This document shows positions 47,101-47,322 of a DNA stretch of 47,322 bases, one piece after another. The DNA is from Klebsormidium nitens. Taxonomy: Eukaryota; Plantae; Klebsormidiophyceae. The position numbers were made by a program, and so were the translations under genes. The stretch lies in assembly GCA_000708835.1 (NCBI GenBank), contig DF237598.1, forward strand, positions 1 to 47,322. The letters are read 5' to 3'. Under the pieces are notes generated by a model, which had not been told where the DNA came from, searched no databases, and saw only the letters and a list, made by a program, of their open reading frames with translations. How positions within the stretch are numbered: the first letter of the stretch is position 1; the number at the start of each line of letters is the position of its first letter.

Positions 47101-47322
47101 AGTGGACCGTCACCTAGTAAGTCCGAAAATTTCACTCTATGCCGTACATCGACGGCTATTATCGAACCTTGTGACGGTTGGACGGGTTTCAACGCTGCCC
47201 GTCTGCTAGACATGTGCGGAATCCATGCCCAGCTTTTCAGCCCAACTTAGGTTCACCTTCAGCAAGAGCGCCTCTCAGAAAGATTGTTGCTCTCTTGCCT
47301 TCTTCCCAAAGACTGATTAGTT

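Noticed and set aside
1-47322. tRNA, rRNA, CRISPR arrays, prokaryotic operon or defence systems
   Set aside because: GTTCGA hits lack cloverleaf context. No rRNA-like tracts or regularly spaced repeats. The genes are spliceosomal-intron-rich eukaryotic genes.

Overview
Eukaryotic, intron-rich nuclear DNA. Exons are very GC-rich, introns and intergenic DNA are lower in GC, donors are mostly GTGAGC/GTGCGC/GTAGGC and acceptors are mostly TGCAG. Plant-type genes occur together with flagellar genes, which suggests a green alga, probably a streptophyte alga (inference). Manual splicing supports six multi-exon genes: (1) a KIF12/kinesin-16-like kinesin (-), whose tail carries a domain resembling proteins of uncultured tailed phages; (2) a CEP83-like coiled-coil protein (+), head-to-head with the kinesin; (3) a DRD1/CLASSY-type SNF2 remodeler (+), preceded in the same frame by an ORF with two GATA-like zinc fingers; (4) a plant-type organellar release-factor-like protein with GGH in place of GGQ (+); (5) DNA2 helicase/nuclease (-) with two GC-AG introns; (6) an RSPH10B-like MORN-repeat protein (+), head-to-head with DNA2. 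There is also an unexplained pair of spliced exons 3' of DNA2. I found no supportable rRNA, tRNA, CRISPR array or intact mobile element. Most long ORFs in the supplied track are GC-rich shadows of these exons. All homology calls are from recalled family motifs, not database searches.
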